Source: Nitrospirota bacterium
GTDB lineage: Bacteria > Nitrospirota > JACRHJ01
NCBI GenBank assembly: GCA_963845245.1
Contig: CAWJRJ010000022.1
Coordinates: 9,311-73,310 of the forward strand
DNA length: 64,000 nt
Reading direction: 5' to 3'
The number at the start of each line of letters is the position of its first letter. Position 1 is the first letter of the stretch. The notes beneath the pieces were generated by a model. That model had not been told where the DNA came from. It saw only the letters and a list, made by a program, of their open reading frames with translations, and searched no databases. Shown here one piece after another: positions 53,631 through 62,255 of this stretch. The translations under genes were made by a program, and so were the position numbers.

Positions 53631-53664
53631 TGAACGCGCGGTCATAAATATGACCACACAGTCA
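53631..53664. promoter_or_regulatory. Tandem candidate TetR operators (TGAM-N6-GTCA)
   Basis: TGAACGCGCGGTCA (53631) and TGACCACACAGTCA (53651) just upstream of tetR. Confidence 0.55.
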
Positions 53665-53861
53665 GAGTTTAGAGACAAATGCGTTGACAGTCAAGTACAA
53701 ATTTAGCTATCTGCTGAAAAAAGTACATAAATCATATTATTGAACGTCAAGCCATTAGGGTAAATTACGACCGTGACCTTCCTATATTTAGGAAGACGCT
53801 TTACGGAGAGATTTAGTTACAGTACGGTATAAAGATTTTGTTACAGAGATTGAACGGACGG

Positions 53862-54218
53862 TCAAATCATCTTCAGCCTTAGCCTGTTGATTGTCCTGTA
53901 CCCTAAAGAATCTATATTGTCCAACTGCGCCGAGGCTGCGGGAAATTTTACTTTCAGTTTAAAACCATATTTTTGTCCGCATACAAGACAACGGGCCCTC
54001 AACTCGATGCCGTCATTGTCCAGGCCGATGAAATCAACAGGAGAAACGGGTTCGCCACAATCGCATAAAAAGTCAAGGTAGCCCTTCGGTACGTCATCGC
54101 CGGCACAGTCAGCCGCAGCTTGCCGCCCCTGGGATTCCTTTTTTGTATGCCCCCTCTTCAAGCTTGCGGTTTTTTCCGGATGGCCTTCCTTGTGCAAAGG
54201 AGATATTTTCTTGTTCAT
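53862..54218 (-). CDS. Hypothetical small protein with a CxC...CxxC putative zinc ribbon
   Basis: FLCDCGE ... ARCLVCGQ; divergent from luxR; start uncertain. Confidence 0.55.
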   Translation of the reverse strand: MNKKISPLHKEGHPEKTASLKRGHTKKESQGRQAAADCAGDDVPKGYLDFLCDCGEPVSPVDFIGLDNDGIELRARCLVCGQKYGFKLKVKFPAASAQLDNIDSLGYRTINRLRLKMI

Positions 54219-54269
54219 TTAAATGAAATTCCTTGTTATAATAAAATGGTTTAAAACCTCGGAGATGCC

Positions 54270-55022
54270 ATGACAGATTCTTGCAGGCACCTTTCCAAGA
54301 CGGATTTATCCGCCATTCTGGATTTCATATACAAACTGACCCAATGCAACGGCGAGGAAGACTATAAAACCCTTATATCCGGGCTAAAGGACATTCTGCC
54401 ATTTGACTACGCAACAAGCGGCCTGGCAAAAATTGACGGGAACGGGATCAAGGAATCCTTTATAATCGTCAACATCAGCTACCCCGACGAGTGGCTCGAC
54501 CTGTACGTTAAAAGTAAATTCAACCTTGTCGACCCCATCGTCAAGGAAAACTTCACCAGGTTCACGATACAATACTGGCCCGATACCTACAAAAGGCACC
54601 TCCCGCCCAAAGAATTCGTATACGGCTCCAGTGATTTCGGGCTCCTTACCGGATATACAAACGGCTTGAGGAACCTAAGGGGTACGGAAGGCAGCCTTCT
54701 GTCCATATCCGGCAGGAGCATAGAGAAATCGCGGAGGACCGAGATAATCCTGAAAAACATAGTCCCGCAGTTGCACCAGACGCTTGAACGTCTGGTGAAG
54801 CACAAGAAGGGCAACTCCTTGCTCCCGCTTTCAAAACGGGAGCAGGAGATACTTAAATGGGCAGCCAACGGAAAAAGCAACTGGGATATCTCCATAATAT
54901 TAGGCATCAGCGAACGGACGGTGGAGTTCCACCTGACAAACATCATGCAGAAACTGGATGCGGTAAACCGCTCTCATGCCGTGGCGGTTGCACTGGATGT
55001 TGGTCTGATCGAGTTTGATTAA
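54270..55022 (+). CDS. luxR: LuxR-family AHL receptor/transcriptional regulator
   Basis: Autoinducer-binding residues YPDEW..LY....F..VDP...W...G; C-terminal LSKREQEILKW..GKSNWDIS..LGISERTV.FHL. Confidence 0.96.
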   Translation: MTDSCRHLSKTDLSAILDFIYKLTQCNGEEDYKTLISGLKDILPFDYATSGLAKIDGNGIKESFIIVNISYPDEWLDLYVKSKFNLVDPIVKENFTRFTIQYWPDTYKRHLPPKEFVYGSSDFGLLTGYTNGLRNLRGTEGSLLSISGRSIEKSRRTEIILKNIVPQLHQTLERLVKHKKGNSLLPLSKREQEILKWAANGKSNWDISIILGISERTVEFHLTNIMQKLDAVNRSHAVAVALDVGLIEFD

Positions 55023-55695
55023 ACCATTTAAGCAGCCCCGGCCTTTTGACGAAATTCCTGAACTCGAACTCCCTCCAGTCCATCAGTGCTGCGACGGCCT
55101 TCACCCCGTCCGGCATCTCCCTGCCATCCCCAAGCAGCTCGCATGGGAAACCCCTTGCGCTTAACAGACGGTAGACCTTCTCCTCCACTACGAGGTATAG
55201 CGACCTCACGCCGTTTTGCAGGCACCAGTTATAGACGCCCTTATAAAGCAGCATCGATACATGGTGCGTCCCGAAGTTGCCTTCCACGGAATCCTTCCTG
55301 GCCTCCGGCGCCACGCACAGCCTGGATATCTCCGCTGTGTGGGCATCTTTCCTAAACTTGTGCCCGGGCCCTATCAGGAAAGAGAAAATATCTTCCAGCA
55401 TGGAAGACCTGCTGGTCGGTATAAGCCTAAGATATGCCTTGAGGTCGCCGTCGCCGTCGAAAACGCCAAAATTCACGGTATCCTTGAAATCGTACCTGTC
55501 AAATTCCATCGAGTCTTCCTGAACGGGAACCCAGCCCAGTTCCTCGGAGAATATTCTGTGCCTCAGGCGGTACGCCTTCTCCAACTCTTCAGATGTCCTG
55601 AGCGTTTTCACAATATATCCGCCCTCCGATATATCAGTCGGGCCGGACTCCTGCACGTAAACACCACCCTCCACCTGTTCCAGTATCTGAAGCAT
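54943..55695 (-). CDS. luxI: LuxI-family acyl-homoserine-lactone synthase
   Basis: YRLRHRIFSEELGW, EFDRYD, YLRLIPT, EISRLCV; AGGAGG RBS. Confidence 0.93.
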   Translation of the reverse strand: MLQILEQVEGGVYVQESGPTDISEGGYIVKTLRTSEELEKAYRLRHRIFSEELGWVPVQEDSMEFDRYDFKDTVNFGVFDGDGDLKAYLRLIPTSRSSMLEDIFSFLIGPGHKFRKDAHTAEISRLCVAPEARKDSVEGNFGTHHVSMLLYKGVYNWCLQNGVRSLYLVVEEKVYRLLSARGFPCELLGDGREMPDGVKAVAALMDWREFEFRNFVKRPGLLKWFNQTRSDQHPVQPPRHESGLPHPVSA

Positions 55696-55718
55696 TTCAT
55701 ACCTCCTTGAATATCAAG

Positions 55719-55738
55719 ACCTGTGGTTTTCCGTATGT
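55719..55738. promoter_or_regulatory. Second, degenerate lux box
   Basis: ACCTGTGGTTTTCCGTATGT, within AGAC...GTCT flanks, 50 bp from the main box. Confidence 0.5.
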
Positions 55739-55768
55739 CTAATAATTGAGTATTATTCGCGATTCGTC

Positions 55769-55788
55769 ACCTGTGGAAACCCGCAGGT
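55769..55788. promoter_or_regulatory. lux box
   Basis: ACCTGTGGAAACCCGCAGGT versus canonical ACCTGTAGGATCGTACAGGT; extended palindrome GTCACCTG...CAGGTGAC; upstream of luxI. Confidence 0.85.
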
Positions 55789-55854
55789 GACTATCGGACG
55801 GCGATTGGGTATAACGGTTGGAATTGATAACAGGGCAAATTCGAAGGAGGGGGC

Positions 55855-56580
55855 GTGGGAGAACTCGGATACAGGAAAAAGCTGAAGGAACGGTTTCTGC
55901 ATGTCGGGTTGAAGGGCTTTCTGGATGAGGAAGTCCTTGAGCTTATGCTGATCTACGCAAAGCCTACGGGCGACGTCAGGCCGATAGCCAAGGCGTTACT
56001 GGAGAATTACGGAGGGATAAGCGGGATTCTGGGAGCGGACATAAGGGAGCTTATATGTTTTCCCGGCATGGACGCAAACGCGGCCATACTGATTAAGATG
56101 GCGAAAGACTATCCGGATTTCTATCTGAGGGAAAGGGTGCTGAACCGCGCCTACATGAACTGCTGGCTGGAGATCATCAAGTACTGCCAGCTTAGCTTGG
56201 GCGGCCTAAGGGAAGAGGAGTTCCGCGTAATATTCCTGGACACGCTTGACCGGATAATCGTGGTTGAGACGTTACACTACGGCACGGTCGACAGGTCTGC
56301 CGTCTATCCGAGGAAGGTGATCGAACGGGCCCTGGCGAACAATGCTGCCGGACTGATATTCGTGCATAACCACCCGCATGGGGACCCGCAGCCATCCATT
56401 GCCGACAGGGAGGTAACCAATGCTCTGGCTGTAGCCGCTTCAAGCGTGGAGATCGAGGTGCTGGACCATCTGATTATCAGCAGGACCGAGTGGTTCAGTT
56501 TCAAGGATGCCGGGCTTCTGATGGATATTCCAATAGAGCTGGTCTCGGTGCATATGAAGAGGGAAGGAGGGCTGAAGTAG
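55855..56580 (+). CDS. radC: RadC/JAB-domain protein
   Basis: GYRKKLKERFL..G, EEFRVIFLD, VYPRKV, HNHPHGDPQPSIAD, LDHLII. Confidence 0.92.
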   Translation: MGELGYRKKLKERFLHVGLKGFLDEEVLELMLIYAKPTGDVRPIAKALLENYGGISGILGADIRELICFPGMDANAAILIKMAKDYPDFYLRERVLNRAYMNCWLEIIKYCQLSLGGLREEEFRVIFLDTLDRIIVVETLHYGTVDRSAVYPRKVIERALANNAAGLIFVHNHPHGDPQPSIADREVTNALAVAASSVEIEVLDHLIISRTEWFSFKDAGLLMDIPIELVSVHMKREGGLK

Positions 56581-56752
56581 ACAGGAGGGAATAAGTGCGG
56601 TGGCTATACTATCAACTGCGATTTGTTTATATTATAATATCACCATAATTATTCTTGTAAAAATTTTTTTAATATGATATCTAGAGTAACAGTTTTCGAC
56701 ATTGGTCTAGTTATTTGTCAACCTCGGTAATTTTGGAAATGGGAGGGACTTT

Positions 56753-57277
56753 ATGAAGGGTACTATAGCTTGCTGCCTTAGAGACATGGTGGTCGAGAAG
56801 TTTGGTGTGGAGGCCTGGAACAATGCAATCGAGAAATCTGGCTTGAACAAACACGACATGATCCTGGTGATGGACGACCTGCCGGATGAAAAGGTTATGG
56901 AAGTGATCGGCAACACATGCAAGGAACTGAAGATAACCCTTGATCAGGCTGCGGACGCCTTCGGCGAATACTGGGCCGTAACCTATGCTCCCCGTGTATA
57001 TAAAAGCTTTTATCTTGGAGCAAAAAATTCCAAGGACTTCCTTAAAAGTCTTGACTCCATCCATGACATAACCACCAAGACAATGAAAAACGCCACCCCG
57101 CCCCGCTTCTTTTATGAAGATACGCCAAGCGGCAGCCTCGTTATGACGTACCAGTCGAACAGAAACCTGATACCGATATTCAAGGGCCTGATAAAGGGCG
57201 TGGGAAAGTATTTCGAGGAAGACCTGAAGATTAACCAGGTCGCCCCGAACAAGGTCGAAATCATTTTTCCGAAATAA
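56753..57277 (+). CDS. Stand-alone H-NOX (heme NO/O2-binding) protein
   Basis: MKG start, proximal His (DSIH), PP motif, YxSxR (YQSNR), GLIKG. Confidence 0.92.
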   Translation: MKGTIACCLRDMVVEKFGVEAWNNAIEKSGLNKHDMILVMDDLPDEKVMEVIGNTCKELKITLDQAADAFGEYWAVTYAPRVYKSFYLGAKNSKDFLKSLDSIHDITTKTMKNATPPRFFYEDTPSGSLVMTYQSNRNLIPIFKGLIKGVGKYFEEDLKINQVAPNKVEIIFPK

Positions 57278-57292
57278 TTAAAGATAGCTTTG

Positions 57293-57319
57293 AAAAGGCC
57301 GGGATAACCGGCCTTTTTT
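57293..57319 (+). terminator. Rho-independent terminator after the H-NOX gene
   Basis: AAAAGGCCGG-GATAA-CCGGCCTTTTTT. Confidence 0.85.
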
Positions 57320-57402
57320 ATTGCAAAACGCCTTATTATATGATAATGCTTTAATAATTTTTTCATTTTATAATCGGGCATTATGCCAGAAAGGAGCCTG
57401 TA

Positions 57403-59310
57403 ATGGAGAGGTCCACGGACAAGGCTACACTTTCGGCGCTTGTTCAGGCCGGGAAGAACAACATCAAGACGGTTTGGGATAGGTACGAGGCCCAGCTTCC
57501 GCAATGCGGCTTCGGAGAGACCGGCCTGTGCTGCCGCCACTGCATGCAGGGGCCGTGCAGGATAGACCCCTTCGGACAGGGCGCTAAAGAGGGCGTATGC
57601 GGCGCGACGGCCGACACGATGGTGGCAAGGGGCCTGGCAAGGGCGGTCGCCGCAGGCGCCGCGTCTCACGGCGCGCACGCAAAGCATCTTGCTCATACAC
57701 TTTTGAAGTCTGCCGAGGGTAAGGCCAAGGACTATCCTATAAAGGATGAGGCGAAACTTAGGGCGGTCGCCGCAAGGTCCGGGATAGCCGTTAACGGGCG
57801 CACCGCAAACGACATAGGCAAAGAGCTTGCCGAACTGGCACTTGCGGAATTCTCCGAGAAAGAGACGCCGCTTTCCTGGGCTGCGACAACCCTGACCAAA
57901 GGCAGACTTGAGACCGCCGCCAAGTTCGGCGTCGTCCCGATGGGCATGGATTCCATAGTCTCCGAGCTTATGCACAGGACGACCTACGGCGTGGATGCCG
58001 ACCCGGTGAACCTCCTCCTCGGCTGCATCAAGGGCGCACTGACGGACTACTCCGCCTGCCATCTTGCCACGGACATTGCCGACATACTGTTCGGAACACC
58101 CTCCCCCGTGCTCACAAGGAGCAACCTGGGCGTCATCAGGGAGGATTCCGTAAACATTGCGCTCCACGGCCACAACCCGCTACTTTCGGACATGATAGCC
58201 CAGGTGGCGGACGACAAGGACTTGAACGAGATGGCGAAGGCGGCAGGGGCGAGCGGCGGCATAAACGTCGTGGGAGTTTGCTGCACCGGCAACGAAGTCA
58301 TGATGCGCCACAAGATACCCCTTGCCACCAGCTCAGTTTCCCAGGAGACTCCGATACTCACCGGCGCGCTCGACGCTATGGTCGTCGACTACCAGTGTAT
58401 AATGCCGGCACTGGCCACCACGGCCGAGTGCTTCCATACAAAGCTCATAACCACCATGCCAACCGCGAAAATACCGGGCGCGGAGGCTATAAACTTCACG
58501 GAGGAAAACGCGAGGGAGGACGCGCGTGGGATAATAAAGACCTCCATCGCGGCCTATAAGAAGAGGGACAAGGCGAGGGTGAACATACCTGACATATCCT
58601 CTGATGCACTTGTCGGTTTCTCCACTGAGGCCATAATCTCCGCGCTTTCGATGGTCGACAAAGACGACCCGCTCAAGCCCCTCGTGGATAACATAGTCGC
58701 AGGCAACATCAAGGGCGTATGCCTGTTCGCGGGCTGCAACACCGTCAAGGTCGCGCAGGATAAAAATTACGTCGAGATGATAAAGATCCTGCTCAAAAAT
58801 AACGTGCTGATACTTTCCACCGGCTGCGCCTCGGGCGCCTATGCGAGGCACGGCTTCATGACCCCGGCCGCGACGGAACAATACGCAGGCGACGGGCTGA
58901 AGGCGGTCCTCACAGCTATAGGCAACGCCGTCGGGCTTAATGCCCCGCTCCCGCCGGTCCTACACATGGGCTCGTGTGTGGACAACTCGCGCGCCGTAGA
59001 CGTGGCCGTGGCCATTGCAAACAAGCTGGGCGTCGATCTCGACAAACTTCCTGTGGTGGCTTCCGCCCCCGAGCCGGTAACGGAGAAGGCCATCGCCATC
59101 GGGACGTGGGCCGTCGCGCTCGGCCTGCCGACCCACCTGGGCGTCGTACCGCCGGTCATCGGGAGCAAGCTAGTCACCGAAGTATTGACGAAGACGGCTA
59201 AAGACCTTGTGGGCGGATATTTCATCGTGGAGACCGACCCCGTGAAGGCGGCGGCGGCGCTGCTTGAGGTCATAGGCGACAGGCGCAAGGGCCTGGGCCT
59301 TTCGGCATAA
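57403..59310 (+). CDS. cooS: Anaerobic Ni-Fe carbon monoxide dehydrogenase catalytic subunit
   Basis: QCGFGETGLCCRHCMQGPC (D/B clusters), SHGAH, HGHNP, VCCTGNE, AGCN, TGCA, HMGSCVDNSR, EKA. Confidence 0.97.
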   Translation: MERSTDKATLSALVQAGKNNIKTVWDRYEAQLPQCGFGETGLCCRHCMQGPCRIDPFGQGAKEGVCGATADTMVARGLARAVAAGAASHGAHAKHLAHTLLKSAEGKAKDYPIKDEAKLRAVAARSGIAVNGRTANDIGKELAELALAEFSEKETPLSWAATTLTKGRLETAAKFGVVPMGMDSIVSELMHRTTYGVDADPVNLLLGCIKGALTDYSACHLATDIADILFGTPSPVLTRSNLGVIREDSVNIALHGHNPLLSDMIAQVADDKDLNEMAKAAGASGGINVVGVCCTGNEVMMRHKIPLATSSVSQETPILTGALDAMVVDYQCIMPALATTAECFHTKLITTMPTAKIPGAEAINFTEENAREDARGIIKTSIAAYKKRDKARVNIPDISSDALVGFSTEAIISALSMVDKDDPLKPLVDNIVAGNIKGVCLFAGCNTVKVAQDKNYVEMIKILLKNNVLILSTGCASGAYARHGFMTPAATEQYAGDGLKAVLTAIGNAVGLNAPLPPVLHMGSCVDNSRAVDVAVAIANKLGVDLDKLPVVASAPEPVTEKAIAIGTWAVALGLPTHLGVVPPVIGSKLVTEVLTKTAKDLVGGYFIVETDPVKAAAALLEVIGDRRKGLGLSA

Positions 59311-59321
59311 GGAGGCCCAAA

Positions 59322-59813
59322 ATGAAACAGGTATTCGTGGACCCCGCAAGGTGCACCGGATGCAGGACTTGCGAGATAAACTGCGCCGTGGCGCATTCCG
59401 AATCCAAAACGTTGTTCGGCGCGTTGATGGAACAGCCACAACCTAAAAAGAGGCTTTACGTCGAGCAGGGTGAAAGCGTCAAGCTCCCCGTAATGTGCAG
59501 GCACTGCGAAGAGGCGCCATGTGTGAGCGCATGCGTCAGCGGCTGCCTTTACAGGGACGACAGAGGGTTCGTCCTCAGGCACAAAGAGCGCTGTATCGGC
59601 TGCTGGAGCTGCATAATGGCGTGCCCCTTCGGGGTCGTCTCGCAGGACAGTACAAAGCACCTGGCGGTAAAGTGCGACCGCTGCAACAAACTGGAGGTGC
59701 CGGCATGCGTAGCCTCGTGCCCTACGAAGGCGCTCATGCTGATCGAGGCGGAGGACCTGGCGGACAATAAACGGATGCGGGTAGCGGCGGCTGAAACCGG
59801 CTCCCCGGCCTAA
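59322..59813 (+). CDS. cooF: 4Fe-4S dicluster ferredoxin-like protein (CooF)
   Basis: CTGCRTCEINC, CRHCEEAPCVSAC, CIGCWSCIMACP, KCDRC...PACVASCP. Confidence 0.93.
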   Translation: MKQVFVDPARCTGCRTCEINCAVAHSESKTLFGALMEQPQPKKRLYVEQGESVKLPVMCRHCEEAPCVSACVSGCLYRDDRGFVLRHKERCIGCWSCIMACPFGVVSQDSTKHLAVKCDRCNKLEVPACVASCPTKALMLIEAEDLADNKRMRVAAAETGSPA

Positions 59814-59823
59814 GGAGGCACTA

Positions 59824-61038
59824 ATGGCGTATGTTATCATAGGCGGCGGGATTGCGGGCATAAGCGCGGCCAGGGCCATAAGGCAAAACGACGCCTCCGC
59901 ACAGATATCCGTCATAACGGACGAAGGGGCGCCCTATTACCGCCCGATGATACCGAAGCTGATAAGCGGCGAAAAGTGCATGGGAGACCTGGCCTGGGCC
60001 GAAGACGTGGAGAAGGCGTACGGCCTTGAGTTTATCAAGTGGGCCGTCTCGTCTGTGGATGTCAAGGCTGGCAATGTAATGCTATCAGGCAGCCGCTCGC
60101 TGGCTTATTCAAAACTTTTGGTTGCCACCGGAGCGAGCGCAAGAGAACTAGATACGCTCGGCGCAACAGGGGATGGCGTGTTTACCCTCAGGACCGCCGA
60201 AGATGCAAAAAAGATACGGGAGGCGCTTCCCTCCGCAAAAAGCGCAGTGGTTATAGGCGGAGGGTTTGTCGGGGTAAAGGCTGCGGAAGCGCTTGGCCAT
60301 GCCGGGGTCAAGGTTACGGTAATCGAGGTGATGCCCGCCATCCTTCAGCCCAGGCTGGACTATGAAGGCGCGAACATTATCACCGCGGCCCTCCAGGCGT
60401 CCGGGATCATCCTGATGACGGGTGATGCGGTATCCGGGATAGTCCGTGTAGGCGGCAGGGTAAAAGGCGTGACCACCGTTTCCGGCAAGACGGTCGATGC
60501 TGATTTCGTGGTCTGCGCGGTCGGCACAAAGCCTAATATATCCTTCCTGAAAGACACAAGCGCGGACATAAGGACAGGCTTGGTCGTCAACGAGCTGCTA
60601 GAATCCTCACTGCCGGATATTTACGCCGCGGGCGACGTGTCCGAGTTCAGGGACGTGCAGACAGGCAAGACCGCCGTCTCGGCCCTCTGGAGCAACGCCG
60701 CGGAGATGGGCCGCATCGCCGGGCTCAACATGTCGGGGGACAGCCTTAAGTATCCCGGCTTTCTCTCTGTCAGAAATGCCACAGAGGTCGCGGGCGTGCC
60801 GCTGGTCTCGGTCGGAGAGGTATCACAAAACGGGTCCGACATAGTATCCGGCAGCGGGAGCCGGTTGTACAGGATGCTGGCCTTCAGGGGAGACGTCCTG
60901 GCCGGGGCCGTGTTCATGGGCGACGTGCGGGGCGCTGGGCTATATGCCAACCTGATTAAAGAAGGCAGAAGGCTGAAGGGTTTCCAGAAAGACAAGGCCG
61001 TGGCCGACAGGCTCACTTACGCCGATTTCATGAATTAA
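59824..61038 (+). CDS. FAD-dependent NAD(P) oxidoreductase (FNOR; rubredoxin reductase/NirB-N-like)
   Basis: IGGGIAG, LLVATGA, IGGGFVG, IYAAGDV. Confidence 0.92.
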   Translation: MAYVIIGGGIAGISAARAIRQNDASAQISVITDEGAPYYRPMIPKLISGEKCMGDLAWAEDVEKAYGLEFIKWAVSSVDVKAGNVMLSGSRSLAYSKLLVATGASARELDTLGATGDGVFTLRTAEDAKKIREALPSAKSAVVIGGGFVGVKAAEALGHAGVKVTVIEVMPAILQPRLDYEGANIITAALQASGIILMTGDAVSGIVRVGGRVKGVTTVSGKTVDADFVVCAVGTKPNISFLKDTSADIRTGLVVNELLESSLPDIYAAGDVSEFRDVQTGKTAVSALWSNAAEMGRIAGLNMSGDSLKYPGFLSVRNATEVAGVPLVSVGEVSQNGSDIVSGSGSRLYRMLAFRGDVLAGAVFMGDVRGAGLYANLIKEGRRLKGFQKDKAVADRLTYADFMN

Positions 61039-61065
61039 GCTGGCTCATCGAAGAGAATATTGACG

Positions 61066-61105
61066 GAGTCACGGCCATTAGATTTAAACCTAAAGGCCGT
61101 GACTC
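61066..61105. terminator. Stem-loop between the convergent FNOR and Spy-like genes
   Basis: GAGTCACGGCC...GGCCGTGACTC inverted repeat. Confidence 0.55.
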
Positions 61106-61142
61106 ATGGGGCGTCCATTGCAGGCGTGATTTTTACGCGGGT

Positions 61143-61717
61143 TTACTTCTTTTTATCTTTACCGTGCATATGCTCCTTCATCCCTTTGCCGCAGGATTTG
61201 CCGTCACATCCATGCCTGCGGATATCCTTCACGTTTTTAAGCTGGTCGGCAGTCAAGGACGTCACGCGACTTAACTGAGTACTGCAGCAGGTCCGTTACG
61301 AGCGCGAGGCGCGCATCCGAGACTTCTTTCAGTTTCGCGGTCGCGTCCTCTAGCTTATAGTCCGGCTTGGAGAGCAGTTCTTTGAGTTCAAGCCTTTTCA
61401 CCTTTACGTCCGCGCCCTTGGTTATCATGTCCTTCTTGAGGTCAAAGGATATCTTCTTTAAGCGTTGCAACCTGCTCGTCGCTGAGTTTCAGGTCATCCT
61501 TTTGCGCAAGGTAGAACCACGGCAGCTTGAACATCCTGGCCATGCCCATCTTGCCGAACTCACCGCGCTTGCCGTCCATGTCCCTGCCTTGCATCATATG
61601 CTTGTTGCAGGAGTGCATGCCCTCTTCCATCGGGTTACCCGCCTCATGCGCCATCGATATTACCGGCACTGCGAACGCAAAAAGGAGAGACAGCATAAAA
61701 ATAGTAAGCTTTTTCAT
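61143..61717 (-). CDS. Spy/CpxP-like periplasmic protein (two indels)
   Basis: Signal peptide, M/H/G-rich linker, LKLSDEQ, LTxxQ-like C-terminal motif, His-rich tail. Confidence 0.75.
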
Positions 61718-61854
61718 TTTAAACCTCGATTCTGTTTTTCGTTAATAATCAAACTTCTTTTCTTCCATGTCGCAACTGGTAAACCATGCGAAATCAATTC
61801 AATGTTCTATCAGCCTCACCCCTCCTTTCAAGCCCATGCCATATATGTCGATTT

Positions 61855-62166
61855 TTACCGTGAAGCACTGATATACTCCGGCATATTTTTCTTCAAGGCC
61901 TCGACAGCCCTTACCAGATGGGAGGTTACTGCCCCCACGCTGATACCGAACAATGCCGCTATCTTCTCGGTCTCTATCCCGTCGCCCTCTTTCAGCACGA
62001 AAATCACAGCCTGCAGGCCCTTGACAAGCTCCTCCAGTTCAGCGCTACATGCCCTACAGGAAGAGAGGTGCTCCCTGACGCTGGCCTCCTCCGCAGGCTC
62101 CAACTCGCAGTAATGATAAAGGACCAGCCTGTCCCGGTATCTCTTGCACAAATCCCTGTCTTCCAT
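61855..62166 (-). CDS. Small protein: anti-sigma zinc finger (HxxxCxxC) fused to a sigma70 region-4 HTH
   Basis: EHLSSCRAC followed by QAVIFVLKEGDGIETEKIAALFGISVGAVTSHLVRAVEALKK. Confidence 0.7.
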   Translation of the reverse strand: MEDRDLCKRYRDRLVLYHYCELEPAEEASVREHLSSCRACSAELEELVKGLQAVIFVLKEGDGIETEKIAALFGISVGAVTSHLVRAVEALKKNMPEYISASR

Positions 62167-62228
62167 CCTGGTTGTTCCCTTTTCGCGAGAGTATTTTAAT
62201 TTATTAAAACTGGCCTCTTATTTATGAA

Positions 62229-62255
62229 GACGCCGTGCGAGGTTGTTTGGTTACA
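62229..62255 (-). promoter_or_regulatory. ECF sigma-type promoter
   Basis: TGTAAC-N17-CGTC on the minus strand, upstream of the zinc-finger/sigma4 ORF. Confidence 0.6.

Noticed and set aside
57320..57402. CooA/FNR box upstream of cooS
   Set aside because: No TGTCA-N6-TGACA or TTGAT-N4-ATCAA match found by eye
57112..59915. Long minus-strand ORFs (353 aa and 358 aa)
   Set aside because: Antisense to H-NOX/cooS/cooF; typical GC-rich shadow frames
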